Origin: Sphagnum compactum
Lineage: Eukaryota
Direction of reading: 5' to 3'
DNA: 64,000 nucleotides
NCBI GenBank assembly: GCA_965153455.1
Contig: OZ234493.1
Coordinates: 3,782,001 to 3,846,000 of the forward strand
Positions 29,718 to 43,543 of this stretch are shown piece after piece. How positions within the stretch are numbered: the stretch's first letter is position 1; the number at the start of each line of letters is the position of its first letter. Made by a program: the position numbers and the translations under genes. The notes beneath the pieces are model-generated. The model did no database searches. It was not told the DNA's origin and saw only the letters and a program-made list of their open reading frames with translations.

Positions 29718-30918
29718 ATGAATAAAACATCACCCTCATTGACTGGGTGAGTGAGGGTAAGACCGGATATGATATCCGGAGGGTATACAAGAGGCCAGAT
29801 GCTGGCAACCGCACGACCACCGGTACGTTGTAGTAGTTCACTGCCTGCCAGGGGAGGTGAGATGATTCAACCCCCTTTTATGACTCCACCAGCAGCAGCA
29901 GTTTAGGAAGCTGCTCATGACTATTCTTCAATGTAATGTACCATCCAATGCAGAAGATGGGACGCTGCTGCAGCTTGCAGTTTTGATTATCATTATTATT
30001 ATGATTTATGATGATGCTTTGGCGTCGGTTTGCTTGGGGAGCTCACGGGTGCTGCCCGCAAGTCGAAAACTCACGCTGGGCCACCTCAAAACGAGGAGCG
30101 ACGCATTACGACTTGTGGTTGAAATAAACGTCGGAGTAAAGATATTATGGCTAGCACCTTGACAACCACACGCTCTACACACGCGTCCATAAAACACCCA
30201 CTTCTAGTTGCCTCTTCCACACTCACGCACTCACTCACTCACTCACTTCTGTTTTCATTGTGTGGAGCCACCAGCTAGCCAGCCAGCCAGCCAGCCAACC
30301 AACCAGCCCATTAATGGGAGTGAGTCTCTCCTGCAGCAACTGTGCTAACTCACATGGGAGTTTCAAAAGTTTTGTTCTTTCCTGGAAGGAAGGAAGGAAG
30401 GAAGGGAGGAAGCAAGAAGAGGAAGCAGCTGTACAAAGTAAAACTACCCTAGACTTTACCTCTTCTGAAAAGCGTTTTTTTTTTTCCTTTTTTTTCTTTT
30501 TTTAAAATTTAATTTTTTAATAAATTTAATTTTAATTTTAATTTTTTAATAAATTTAATTTTAATTTTTTATTTTTATTAATAAATTTAATTTATAATAT
30601 TATTGCCTTTCTTTTCCAAAAAGAAAAGCCAAAATCGAACCCCCAGAAAAATGTAAAATTTCACCATGTTTCTACACATTGGTACAAGCATGTAGCCAGG
30701 ATAATATTAAAAAAAATTGATCAATTTTTATTGTCATAGCTCTGGTCTATGGCTAAATGTGGCTAAATGTGGCTAAACCCTACCAGGGTGAACCAGCAGC
30801 ACCTACACTGGTGGTACCTTCACCTTCTTGAGTGAGACCTTTTAGTGGCCACATTTCATGCACAAAATGTTAAATTTGTTGGACTCAGAGACCCTGCCTG
30901 ACTTAGTCTTATCATGCT

Positions 30919-32087
30919 AGGTTCAGACCTGGTGTTAACTCGGTGTGAATTTGGACAAGTTTGTTTTTCGATTCATATATGAAATGTTAGCTAGCACTAA
31001 ATGTTACATGTCATCCCATGTGGCAAACAATGTTAGCTTGATACTAAGTGGAAGTTTAAGACAAAATTAAATTAGCATTAAGATTTTTTTAATTGAAGAT
31101 TTTATCTCCAAACATACAATGTTAGTTAGCACCTCTCAAAAGGGGTGCTAACCATGAATCCTTACAAGTAAATCTCTTTCTCCTTCTATGAACTATCTAT
31201 GAAGGGGGACAAACCTCTCACATGAGGACAATGACCATTGTGCACGGAGAGAAAGTTACAAAACAAAATAAATTCACAATTTTGCAGAAAAAACACAAAG
31301 AAACAAAGCATGTACAAAATACACACAAAAAACACCACAACGATGTCAATGAAATATGATGAAATGTGAAGATGCAAACCATGATAGAATGTAATGTAGA
31401 CATCAATTAAACATGATGGAATGTGAAGATGCAAAACCACAATAGAATGTAATGTAGACATCAATGAAACATGACGAAATGTGAAGATGCAAAACCACGA
31501 TAGACTGTGGTGCAGCCATTAATGAAACATGACAAAATGTGAAGATGCAAAACCACGATAGAATGTAGTGTAAACATCAATGAAACATGACAAAATACAA
31601 AGATGCAAAATCAATGCAATGGTGTGAAGATGCAAAAATAGGATAGAACACATTGTGTATGAAATGCACAATGTAGTGATGTTAAGATGCAAAAGCATGA
31701 AAGAATGCAAAATTTATGAAGTGCATAGTGTAACAATGTGAAGATGTAAAAGTAGGACCACACAAGGTGTATGAAACATGACTATGGAGCGATGAAAAAA
31801 GGAACGTCAAAAACAAAAATGTTTTTGACACAAAACAAGGACGATGGAAACAAAGTGTGCATGATGGGGACAGAGGTACATTCGCATCATGATGATGTTA
31901 AGTGTGAACCTTTGTGAACAAAGTTATGTTGCCACCACTCTTTAACATCAAAGTCTCCATTAAGTGTGAATAGGTAGTGAAAAAAAAGATGCCATCATGC
32001 ATAATGTTAGCCCACTTGTCAACATCATGGAATTAACGTGGTGTTAGGAATCCTACCACCAGCCACCCTATCACCAGGTGTGAATCT
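30919..32087. mobile_element. Putative non-autonomous TIR element (~1.17 kb) containing a minisatellite
   Basis: Left AGGTTCAGACCTGGTGTTA versus reverse complement of right end AGATTCACACCTGGTGATA; TSD unclear. Confidence 0.5.
31345..31612. repeat. Tandem repeat, ~58 bp x4.5
   Basis: TCAATGAAACATGACGAAATGTGAAGATGCAAAACCACGATAGAATGTAATGTAGACA at ~31346, 31403, 31461, 31519, 31577. Confidence 0.9.
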
Positions 32088-35000
32088 AACATTATGATGA
32101 CATATTTATCATGGTTAAAATGAACTTCCAAAAGATTGGGGTTTCTAATTTTTACCATCATATTAAAGTAGGCACTTATTTACCCAAGGTGGTAACTTGG
32201 GGGTAAGAGTTACATTTTGAATACTTTTGTAATGCTTGTTAAATTATCGATTCATGTAATTGAAATGAACAATGAAAGAAGTGAACCTCATTCAGGGGTG
32301 CAAGTAAAAAAAAAAATGGCAATTGAAATTAAACATAAATCTCAACATCTAACTACTTTGCAAGCAAGATAAAAATATGGCTAGTTATGAAATCCTCAAT
32401 CAAATTCAAACATAAGTTAATAAATTATAACCATATTTTTTGGGTGGGGGTGGGGTTGTCATTCTTTTTTATATTAGATGATTACATGAGTAAAATATAA
32501 GATCCTTTTTATTGGTTGTTGATTAAAATTATAGTTTAATTAAATTTTATAATAAAAGTATACTTATTTTCAAATTTTAAATGTAATTAACATAGGGTAT
32601 GCCTTAATAATAGATATTTAAAATTTTACAATAAAACATATGTACAATAGATTTATAATACATATTAATTGTTAGTAGATTCAATTAGGAAAATGGTGAA
32701 AGTGTGATTTATATTAAAAGTTCAAAATAAAAGAGGTAGCATTCTTAAAGTAATATTTATTTTATCAAGACAATAAGTTGACAAGGGTTCAAATGTAGCA
32801 ACTTGATGGTCCCTTATTTGAGTTGTAACACACATCTTGTTTGCTTTGATTTTGGAACCTCAAAAAAAAAACTTTTATTTTTTTATTTCCTATGGAAACA
32901 AACCAAATGTTCATTGTGTGTACATTGTAATGGCTTTGTGAACATCAAACATGGTCTTCATAATTTCAAATGTGATTTGGTATTGAAATGTTTATTAGTG
33001 TATTTCTCTAACTAAACATTTCGTGCACAATGTTTCTTAGTCACACAAAACCACCCTATTTTCTTCATGAAAACATAAATCTAAATCAATTTTTGGGGCA
33101 TAGTTTAAATGTGTCTATTCAAATTTAATATAATGGGGAATTTTAAAGCTCCTTTTCATAAAAGCCCCCAAAAATACCCTTTTTGATGCATGTAGAGAAA
33201 AAAATTAACACATATTGAACCCCCCAAATAACCATATCGCAATTGTTTTCAATATCTACCACAACCTTTTCCATAGTGGCCAACCATACTCCCACAACAT
33301 TAAGTCCTTATGAATGGCTCCCAAATTTTGCACCAATGTTTGGCCTATAAGCTCAATTGCAGTGGCATACAACTCTACCATCTCCACCACAATGGCAAAC
33401 AAATCCAACACAGGTGCCACTTACTCCTCCATAATGGGTTGTAAATCAACCATTAGTGGAGATGCCATAAGTGCCTCAAAAATGGCCTATAGATCCACCA
33501 CCCATGTCACAACCACACATTATGCATGTAGAATGGCTAACAACAAGCACTCCAACAACCCAAAAAGATCCAATGTGCAATAACCTCTCATTGATAGGCA
33601 AGGATGTTAATGTGGCCTCAATGGGAGATTTTTGGCCCAACTAGATGCCCAAATCATGTCATTTGGGCTTCATTCCAAGCGGAGGCATGGCCTAACACCG
33701 AGAAATGGACAAGGTTACAAGGAGGATGAACATTGAAGTGGATGCATTTTTTGTAAGGATGTTCAACCTATTGTATATTGCAACAAAAATGGGAGACTTG
33801 TAGGTGGGGGGTAGAATCAACGGTTGAGACTACCTTTCAAGGTTATGTGTTGAAGCTCAAACCAATTATAGATGACATTCAAAAACAACTATTTGAACAA
33901 TTAGAGGTAGTAACAACAACTTTGGAAATGCAATTTGAATACCTAGATCACTTTTTTGGTTACAAATGTGTCAAGGATCAAGTTGCCATTGTGTTAAAAG
34001 GAAGACATGGGTCATCGAAAAGAAAGATAAATAAAGGTGAAGACCAGCCACGCAATATTTTAAAGGCACATTGGAATTAATTGATTTAGAAGTTTTGATG
34101 TAAAAGGAAAATGTTAAGTGGGCTACTCAAACACAAGTAGAAATGTCAGTATAGTTCACTAGCAATTTGGGTGAAATCTTCATCAATTCACTAGGCTACA
34201 AATTTAATTAATTCACCATCTTTCTTAGTATTGGCAATGGGTCGATATGGACAAATGAATTCACTAACATGTGATCAAATAGGAAATTGACATATGACTA
34301 TGTAATTAAATTAAAATAATAATATATATATTTTTTATCATCATTATTAATTTCATGTATTTGAAATGCACATATTTTATATGGTCAACAGATGATTTTA
34401 TATGATCAACATACAATTGTTGGTACAAAGGTTTGAACCTTGGTTTGCAAGGACACAATCCATTTTCTTTGTCAACAAACTACCATTTAACATTGTAACA
34501 CAAATTGTCAAAAATTGAATATATCACAATTATGCCCAATTGTTTTACAAACCAAACTTTGAAATATATTATCTTTCTTATAATTGTTCAAATGAAACAA
34601 ATGACAATTCCTTCTTGAATGTTTTTCAAAAGTTTGCACATGTACAAAAAAATAAAATACCAATCATTTGAAGGAAAAGACATTTGAATGTCATTGTTTA
34701 ATGACAATTCAAAACACATTTGTTCACAAACAAAGTGATTTAGTGACATGATTTGTAAATAATTTTTTTTATAATGAACTTTCACAAATTTCATTTTGTT
34801 CATGCAAAATATTTTATGGCTAACATAAATCAAATGTAAATATTTTAATTTCCCAAATTTTAATAATCTATTCTAATTAAAAATTAAGATTTCATTGAAA
34901 TTGTGAATATTATGTTACAAAGTCGAAATTATATTATGTACAAATATAAATTTATTTTATTTTATCCTAATTATATGTAAGAAATTTCATGAAATTAAAT

Positions 35001-36139
35001 TAAATTTGGTTTAAATTATTATGTAATATGTCATATTATAGTTAATTGATACACTAAACGGTTATAATAGGTCATAAATAATTGTATACATTACAAATGA
35101 AATAGATTAATTAATGAATAATTATGAAATTTTTATCAAAGATTGAAACAATAATTTTAATAATACCAAAAATAACATTAGTGAAATACCTCGATTACAA
35201 GTGAACATGACAATTATATGGTGATCTAGTTTTTATTAAGGCCTTTTTGTAAATTAGGCTAGTGAAATAAATGTAGTTTTTGTAATTGAAAAATGACAAA
35301 AATCTGAATGACTTATAAAATCGCAAATCAAATTTGATGAGTTGGTGAATTCAGGTTTAAAGAAAGGATGGTACATTTGATAATGACTTCTCTAATGGTA
35401 AAATTAAATTTCTTTTTTCATTTACTTAGTTTGGTCCTTATCTTGATTGATGTGGATCGTTGGGGGCAGCAAGAGGCTAACCTAAGAAGAATACCCACCT
35501 TGGTAAAGCTCCAAAATGAATGTGATTGGGACAAAGGTTGCAAATGCAAATGAACAAAGGTTGTGAAGCTACATGGACTCATAACATAGTTTAAACCCGA
35601 TAATAGGTCTTGATTTGTGGTTGCAACATAATCATATTTCTTTGGAGTTTATACACATTTGATGCATTCAAAGTTGTGGAAGCTTCAAATTTCATCTATG
35701 ATCATTTGGTTATTTGGTAGGTGTTCTTTCCCTTTAATTTGGTGATTTTTTTAATGGCCTTGATGTATCTGAAGCAACATTTTGAATTTTTTTTTTACAA
35801 GGTTATTTTTCTTATAGATTTAGGCTACATAAGATAACAAGGATGCTTATATGTGTGGGTTACTCTTTAAGTTGAAATATGGTATATTTCACAAAAAAAT
35901 GCAGATGTGAAATTAGATAACACATCATTAGTTCAAAAGTGGGGTGTAATTCATCAGTCTAAATCACTACGGGACTTTTAAAATGAAACATGTTCATCCC
36001 ACCCTAACCATTTCACCTTGCTTATCATTATAGGGTCACTATGTAATCATCATGTTTCAACATAGGTTGACATAATTCATTATTAATTGAAATATTTCAT
36101 TATAGTAAATAGGTTTATTTTAATGTTAATGTTTTAAAT

Positions 36140-36720
36140 ATTTTAGGTTATTGTATCTTAGGCTATTATATCGTAAGTTATTTAAGTTATTATACATTAT
36201 GTTATTATCAATTGTTTTTGGTTATTCCACCCTAATCTATTGTATTTTAGGTTATTATTGGCTATTATATGTTATTCCAACCTAGGTTATTTTAAGATAT
36301 TTTACGTTATTCCACCTTAAGTTATTTTCAATTATTTTACCTAAAGTTATTATGAACATTTTTACTTTAGGTTATTATATGTTATAGCCAAATTATTTTA
36401 AACTAGTTGAAACTATTCTATTGAAGGTTATACCTTACGTTATTATAGCCTAGACCAAACCTAAAATTACATAGGGTTTAATAATTAAAATAATCAAACC
36501 TATAATGAATATTTTAAAATAAAAAATAACCTAAATATACAAAGGTTGAATAACTTAAAATAATTAAAAATAACTTTGGATTGAATAACCTAAAATAATA
36601 AAAAATAACTTAAGGTATAATCATTAAAATAACTAAAATTAATTTAAGGTATAATAACCTAAAATAACCTAGGGTGGAATAATTTAAAGTAAATAAAAGT
36701 AATTTAAGGTGGAATGGCCT
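36140..36720. repeat. AT-rich AAAATAACCTAA/GGTGGAATAA motif array with an orientation flip at ~36450; continues at 50145-50545 and 51745-52030
   Basis: TTAGGTTATT motifs at 36140-36450, then AATAACCTAA motifs at 36460-36720. The same motif resumes immediately after 50143, so the array was split by the insertions. Confidence 0.75.
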
Positions 36721-36957
36721 CATCACAAACTTGCCCCTTCCATTTATTTGTGTTTTTACAACATTTTAACAATGTGTTTAAGGTTAATTGTTAACAAAGT
36801 GTTGATACAACCATTGATATGACGTTGTGATGACATTATAGCACATTGTGATCATTGCGTAAACCCTTATAACATCATATCAATGATTGATCAACACTTC
36901 ATTAGCATTTAACCTTGAACATACTGTTAAAATGTTGTAAAAACACAAATACATGGA
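36721..36957. mobile_element. Small foldback element with ~110-bp TIRs; right TIR interrupted and completed at 50124-50143
   Basis: Left arm CATCACAAACTTGCCCCTTCCATTTATTTGTGTTTTTACAACATTTTAACA. Right arm TGTTAAAATGTTGTAAAAACACAAATACATGGA + [13.2-kb insert] + GAAGGGGCAAGTTTGTGATG. Confidence 0.85.
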
Positions 36958-37417
36958 GCTACCGTGCGTTCTTATGTCACCACAATCACAACACATAACA
37001 TAAAAATACCTTGAATGGTACACCATATCCAAACCAATAGATTGACACACTTGCAACAACGCAAGAATCTAAACCCAAAACATACAAAACGAAAACACTT
37101 ATATAATAAAGAAAACTGCAAAGTAGAAACCATGCTCTAGAATCTCAAATTACCAAAAGTGATTTGAGGTCACATAATATGAGATCATATCCCATGAAAA
37201 ATATCCCGAACCTCATTCACACATGAATTGGTTCGAGATTTACTAATTAGGTTAACTAACCCAGTTTATGTTTAATTAATTAGGATTTAACTAATCAGCT
37301 AAACTAACACACCTAGTAGTTGTTATGCATTCCTATGTTAGCGCCTATAACCATCGTTATCACCACACTCATAACACATAACATAAAAATACCCTAAATG
37401 GTACACCACATCCAAAC
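36958..37417 (-). repeat. 3' terminal repeat block B1-A2-B2 of the retroelement
   Basis: CACCACA.TCA.AACACATAACATAAAAATACC.T.AATGGTACACCA.ATCCAAAC occurs twice, flanking a ~270-bp copy of 49853-50123. PPT-like AGATAGGGGGG (minus strand, ~37420-37430) precedes B1. Confidence 0.88.
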
Positions 37418-37655
37418 GGCCCCCCTATCTAAGGCTGAGATCCCCTTAAACCAAATAATATCATAAAACTATTTATTGAAAATCCACCATGAATGAACAT
37501 TTTGGTTCCAAGGCAAAAGAACCATTAGGCCGGATGCAAATGTGAGCCCCATCGTTAGTCGCCTAGTTGTAATCCTTCAAATCCCCAACTAAATGCAAAT
37601 TACCATGGAAGAAAACTTTAGATTAGTTATACTAAGTGACCCTAAGAACCTAGGT

Positions 37656-37799
37656 CTATTGGGTGCATCAAGGGCAAAACCATTTGCCAATTGCAACTTC
37701 TTCCATTGGTGGCATGAGACATCCCATATGCCAACCTCGAGAACACTTGTCACAAATCAACATAATGGCAGCTCCTAAAGCTTACCCACACAACATACA
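37656..37799 (-). pseudogene. PHD zinc finger at the end of pol
   Basis: CMLCG*ALGAAIMLICDKCSRGWHMGCLMPPMEEVAIGKWFCP*CTQ* fits C4-H-C3 with typical PHD spacing. Confidence 0.9.
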
Positions 37800-38870
37800 T
37801 CATACGCCAACTAGAACCACGGCTAAGGATGGGTCCATTTGGCCATACACTTTGGGAAGATGACATGGTGCGCAATTGCGCACATGCTCCTTCCATGTCT
37901 GACCATCTCGGCCTTCCAACAACAACATTCCATCACGTATAATAACACATCATATAGTCACATCCAAAGTGGTTGGTGTTGTCTACTGCAGGTTAACATA
38001 ATCTCCTTGTTCAAACCTTCAAATCTAAGACCAATAACCACTTCCACATATAGTGCCATAACGCAATGTATCTCGGTGTTGGGCAGTTGCCAAATTTTCC
38101 ATAGCCATGGGCATAACACATCGAAACAAGGTGGCTCATTGCTCACATGCCCGAATCCACACATTAAGATCATCCATGTTGATTACTACGATCGCATCTC
38201 GTCGAATTGAAACTAGTAACTCAGGCTCACGACCAAACAATAATATGAAAGGTGAAAAAGATGAAAGACAAGCTTGTCAATTGAACCTATACCCCATAAC
38301 TAACCATGGTAGCTATAAATCCCAATATGAAGTATGGCCTTTATCAAGACCATACTTTCGCAAACCTTATTTCACCATCTACACCATCCATTCAACTAAC
38401 CCGTTTGCCTCAAGATGGTCTCGTGGATCAATCAATGTTTTTTCACATAGCTTTTGGAATTCCCCACGAAATTTTGTACCTTGGTCAGTGAGAATTTCAA
38501 CTAGAGCCCCAAACCTACTAAGTACCCTGTCCAAAAATGCATACAATGCTCCTTCACTACTACAATCCGACAATGGAACCAACTCTAACCACTTGGAGAA
38601 ATGTTCAATCATAACCAAAACATATTGGTTATGTCAAGGTCAATGGGTCAACAAAATCCAAACTCTATTAATACCTAAGCCCCATAATTGGTAAGGGTTG
38701 TAGGTGAGGTGTAGGTACATTGAAAAATGCCCAAACTCAATTACACACCATACACCTAGAAACAAACTGTTGAACTTCCAATTGCATCCCTCACCACCAG
38801 TATTGTGTTTGGAACAAACTATATGTCGGACAAATCCCAAAATGGCCCAACTCTTCATGAGCATGCCTCA
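37800..38870 (-). pseudogene. DDE integrase (HHCC, rve core and C-terminal region)
   Basis: HEELGHFG...QYWW*GM...CMVC; SLDF; VMIEHFSKWLELVPL; LTDQGTKF; ANGLVE. Confidence 0.9.
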
Positions 38871-39329
38871 CAAGGCTTTCATGTGGTTTTGGGCAAAGCA
38901 CAACCTTCACTTGTCCATCTGCCCACATCTGTAGGAAGGAATTACCTTCCCATTTGAATCATTTGGCCCTATGCACAACACGGTCCCTTTCTTTGGGTGT
39001 TAATCCAGTTGGAACTTCATTTGCCTGCACATATGCAATAATAAGTGCGTCATCATAAATATATAGGGCACCATTACCCTCCAACTCCATGTCCACATAA
39101 TGGGAATCCCCATCATCTACACTAGTTTGAAGTACATCCCCATAACACCCCAATAAGGTACAAAGGTATGCAGAAGCATGCCATCTTGATACCACCTCCA
39201 AATCCACATCACCATGCTAATGAGCCCAAGTGGTATCCTCCGCGTTGCAACTTGGGTTCCGATTCAACCCATCGGCATCTCAATTAACCCTACCAAACCT
39301 GCGAATTATATCAAAGTCATATTCTTATA

Positions 39330-40600
39330 AGATAAGTGCCCACCTGGCCAACTTTCTTGTGAATCAATCTGATTCCATAAGGAATTTCAAAGGCTAGTGA
39401 TCAGTAATCAAAATGAATGGGCTACCATAAATATAACATCAGAATGATGAAACATCCTAAACATTACAAGGCACTCCCCCTCATATGAACTATATTTTGC
39501 CTTCGTTTTGTTGTTAGACTGACTTGCATATGCCACCACAAAATCTTCACCATCATCATCAAGTTGGGTAAGAACGGCTCCTAACCCTAAAGCACCCGAT
39601 CAATGTGTAATTGGAATGGTCGTCTTTGGATGGGTCGCTTCAAAATGGGGGTTGACGAAAGCATGGCTTTTAATTCTTGGAAGGCTTTTTCTTGTGGTTC
39701 ATCCCAAATGAACTCCTGGTCAATCTACGTCAGTCGAATTAAAGGTTTGGTTATGCTACTAAAACCTTTCACAAACCTTTGGTGGTAATTACACAAGCCC
39801 AGAAAAGTTCGTAACTGACTAACATCTATTCGTTGGGGAACTTGTGAAATGGCTTCAACCTTGGCCTTCTGAACCTTCAATCCATTTGGATAAATCATGT
39901 GACCTAGGTACTTTACCTAAGTATGAAAGAACCAGCACTTGCCTAAATGAAGCTTAAGGTTATGTTCCTTAAGTCTTCCAAACACCTTTCGCAAATAATG
40001 CATATGATCTCCTGGGGTCAAGCTAAAAACAATGATGTCATCAATGTAACATTTGGCAAAACCAAAACCCACCAACATTCGATCAACGACCCTTTGAAAT
40101 TTTGCAAGGGCATTTTTCAAACCAAATGGCAAAAACTTCCATTGGTACAAACAATCTTTCCCATGGGGGTCAATTCCCTAAAAAGTTGTCTTGACCATAT
40201 CACCCTCCCTCAATGGCAACTAATGGTAACCAGACCTTAAGTCCAAGGTATTGAAAACCTTGGCCTGCCCAAGGGCATCAAAGGCCTCCTCCGATAAAGG
40301 CATGGCGTATTTGTCTAACCGGGTCCATTTATTCACCAGACGATAATCCCCACACATGCAACGTTCAATCCAATTGCTAAAAATGTCCTTCTTAGTTGGC
40401 ATCACTATTGTTGAAGCATATTCACCCCTAGATAGTTCCACCAAACTAGCATTTAACAACTTTATTGTTTGAGCCTTTGAACCAAGGTTTTTTTCCACCT
40501 CACTAAGCCTATAAGCTCACCTAAAAATTGAATTATCATCCTCCAATATGATTTGGACCTCTTACCCTTTTAACTGACCCAATTCCTTCAAACTAAAGGC
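39330..40600 (-). pseudogene. Reverse transcriptase and RNase H (Ty3/Gypsy type)
   Basis: RCMCGDYRLVN, KYAMPL.EE.FD, FNTLDLRSGYH, YQWKFLPFGLKNA..KFQRVVD, CYIDDIIVFS, LKLHLGKC; RNase H GLGAVLTQLDDDGEDFVVAYAS..N...AKYSSYEGECL. Confidence 0.93.
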
Positions 40601-41009
40601 AAAACATCTAGTGAAATCTCGTATTATTTATCGTGCTTCATGCACCTCATCTCCTGTCATTGTTGGGCCAATTCTTGGTCCCATGTTTTTGCAATTACCT
40701 ATACCTTGGGTTGGGATGATGGAACATCCCCAACACCCGAGGATTGAAAGCATGCCTTGTGATTGCTATGCAAAATGTGGAAAAATGCCATCATGTCTTG
40801 GTGCTCCCACATCACCAATTTCCTGTTCCACACCCATAATGTTGCTTGGCATCCCTGATCCCATAATTGTCAAGGATGTATTTGTCTTGTTGTAACATCA
40901 CCCCCCCTTGCACCGCGATAACATACCCAACAAAAGGTGCAACAAATGAAATATGGGGTGGAATGGGTGGGTGAGATTGGCCAAAACGTAATTGTTTTGC
41001 TAAGACCAA

Positions 41010-41965
41010 GTTGAAAATCCATGTGAGGCAATTGAGATCCATAACTTGCCCCAAAATCCGCTTATGAGCTCCTTCGGAAATGCCTTGCATAGTTGTGGTG
41101 CCGGTGCGGAACCCAGTGGCCCATTCTTTCTCATCTCCATTGGGTTCTTTGGATGAATGGGAGTCCCAAATCATCTTTGGGCCCCCATTCCTAAATGCAT
41201 GAGAATGTGAAAAACTCAAAAATGTTGGTAGGGCTGCTTGTGGAAGGCCAACCCTATTGACCACAACCAAACATGGTCGGTCATCCTGACGAACCATGCA
41301 TGAATGGCATCTTGGATCCAATATGTCATCCACTAAACATGTGGGTGACCTATGAATGAACTCATTTGCTCGTTGGATCACCTTTGGTGGTGCTAGGTTA
41401 GTCCACATCCATCGAAACCAATGAGCTTGTGAACTAATTAAAGTAGCATCCACCTGCACTGGCTTGCTGATCCAAGCCCTAATTTGTTGCCATCCAACCA
41501 AAACAGTTGGCTTAAAATCCCCCAATGGTGGGACATTTTCCAACAAATATGCACATGGGTGCATATGTGACTATTGCAAATGTTGCACAACACAAATTAA
41601 TTCCCAGAATAAATTTGACCTGGGATCGAAAAGTCCATGACCCATACTTGCTTGTGAAAGACCTTGGCATGGCCATCCAAAATGACCAAATCAATTGGCC
41701 CACTCCTTGCCAAATCTAGTGCCCCCAGCAAGGTGATGTTGCTTAGTAAGGAATGTTGATAACCCCATATGGCCGATGTTGGTAACAAATGGGGATACCT
41801 TTGTTGCAACATCATGACATGTCGCATGGAGGCTTGTTTAGCTTGTGGACCCTTCTCCACATAATGGTATTTCCGAACTAAGATGCTCGATTGTAGAACT
41901 ATAGTTAATCCAAAACTAATGACTCCAAATAGCTCAAGTAGGCATATCCCACCCTTGGGAATATC
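41010..41965 (-). pseudogene. C5 cytosine DNA methyltransferase domain inside pol, between protease and RT
   Basis: Motif I LLELFGVISFGL; II YHYVEK; IV PIDLVI-GWPCQGLSQAS (catalytic PCQ, after a frameshift at ~41680); V GLFDPRSNLFWEL; VI YLLENV; VIII VDA...SQAHWFRWMWTNL; IX EPNGDEKEWATGF..GTT; X KRILGQVMD. Confidence 0.9.
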
Positions 41966-42762
41966 CCACTGAATAATCTTAATATCCAATGGGTTTAAAC
42001 CTGAAAGCCCATTACCAAGGTTCATAAGTGATTATGGGCTTGGTGAAAGCAGAATGTGCCAAGCTTGATGAATATAATGACCGATCGATGCCTAAAATCC
42101 AATCAATGTGCCCCATGGTGGCCTAGGATCCAATGGAGAAACTAGAATGATTGGCATCCCATGTGGCCTTGACATCGCCAATTCACCATTTGGAGGTGCA
42201 TCTTGGTCATGGACATTACCTTCCAACAATTCAAGTCCATGTGGAAGGCCTAAAAATTCAGCCAACATAGTTGACTTGTTAGATTTTCATGCTTGCCCCC
42301 CCAATGAATTTCATTGGTAATGAAACCTTGTGGCTAATTCATGTTTACCAGCCTAGATGGTAGTATGCGATTTCCTCCCAAAAATTAATGGTAACCCTTA
42401 GGGGGTACAACACCACACTCCAATCAACACATCATAGAACATAGCATGTGTGACCACTGTGAGGCAACTTTTGTCCCTCTACTCCCGGTTCTACAAGGTG
42501 ACTATACTTGAAAGCATAAATGTTACCGGTGAAAGACGAAGCGAGCGTACTTCTAGATGCTAGATTGCGTTTGTAGTTGAGATTAAATTTCTTTGCCGCC
42601 TATGCATCATTCACAACTTAACATTCATAGCTATATTTTTATTTTATTTTATTTTGTTATTATTATTATTTTTGATCCCCACATTCCCGATCCTAGAACC
42701 TTATACTAAATTGTCATCCCTTTAAACAAACTTTTATGAACTCAACACTTCCTTAAACTTGG

Positions 42763-43305
42763 CTACAACCAGCAATCATTTGAAGAATTGTTTCTCACAC
42801 CCAGATTGTTCAAATTTGGCTTGCTTTAGCTCTTTGAAAAGCTAACTAGTAGACGCACCTTCTTACCAAATCTTAGGATCTGCAGCTAAATAACTAGGAA
42901 ATTATGCTATAAAACCCGAGAGGATTTTGTGGAAGTAGTTGGTCCAACTTGACTGCAGACCACCAGTCACTTGGAGAATTGTTTCTCACACCCAAATTGT
43001 TCAAATTCAGCTTGCTTTAGCTATTTGGAAAGCTAACTAGTAGACGCACCTCCCTACCAAATCTCAGGATCTACAGCTAAATAACTAGGAAACTATGCTA
43101 TAAAACCCGAGAGGATTTTGTGGAAGTAGTTGGTCCAACTTGACTGCAGACCACCAGTCACTTGGAGAATTGTTTCTCACACCCAGATTGTTCAAATTCG
43201 GCTTGCTTTAGCTCTTTGGAAAGCTAACTAGTAGACGCACCTTCCTACCAAATCTCAGGATCTGCAGCTAAATAACTAGGAAGTTATGCTACAAAACCCG
43301 AGAGG
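42763..43305. repeat. Tandem repeat, 191 bp x~2.8, within the solo LTR
   Basis: G.AGAATTGTTTCTCACACCCA at 42782, 42973, 43164. Confidence 0.93.
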
Positions 43306-43543
43306 GTTTATTAACTTTTCCTAGAGTTCCAACTTCCCAATACTATTCTTACTCACCTCCATCCTTCCAAAACTCTTACCAAATCCCCCTTCTACTCTCT
43401 TTCCCTTTCTCCACTCCCAAATTGATCATCCTTTTCCTCCTCAAGAGCTTGTCAGAACTAAAACTCTCGAGATTGAATTAAAGGTCATCTCCCGTCGGAA
43501 AAAAAAGAGCCCCCGAATCACCCAAGTTCGCCTTTTAAAGAAA

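Noticed and set aside
29730-30420. Possible miRNA or small gene in a GC-rich island
   Set aside because: No convincing hairpin, known mature miRNA or recognisable ORF.
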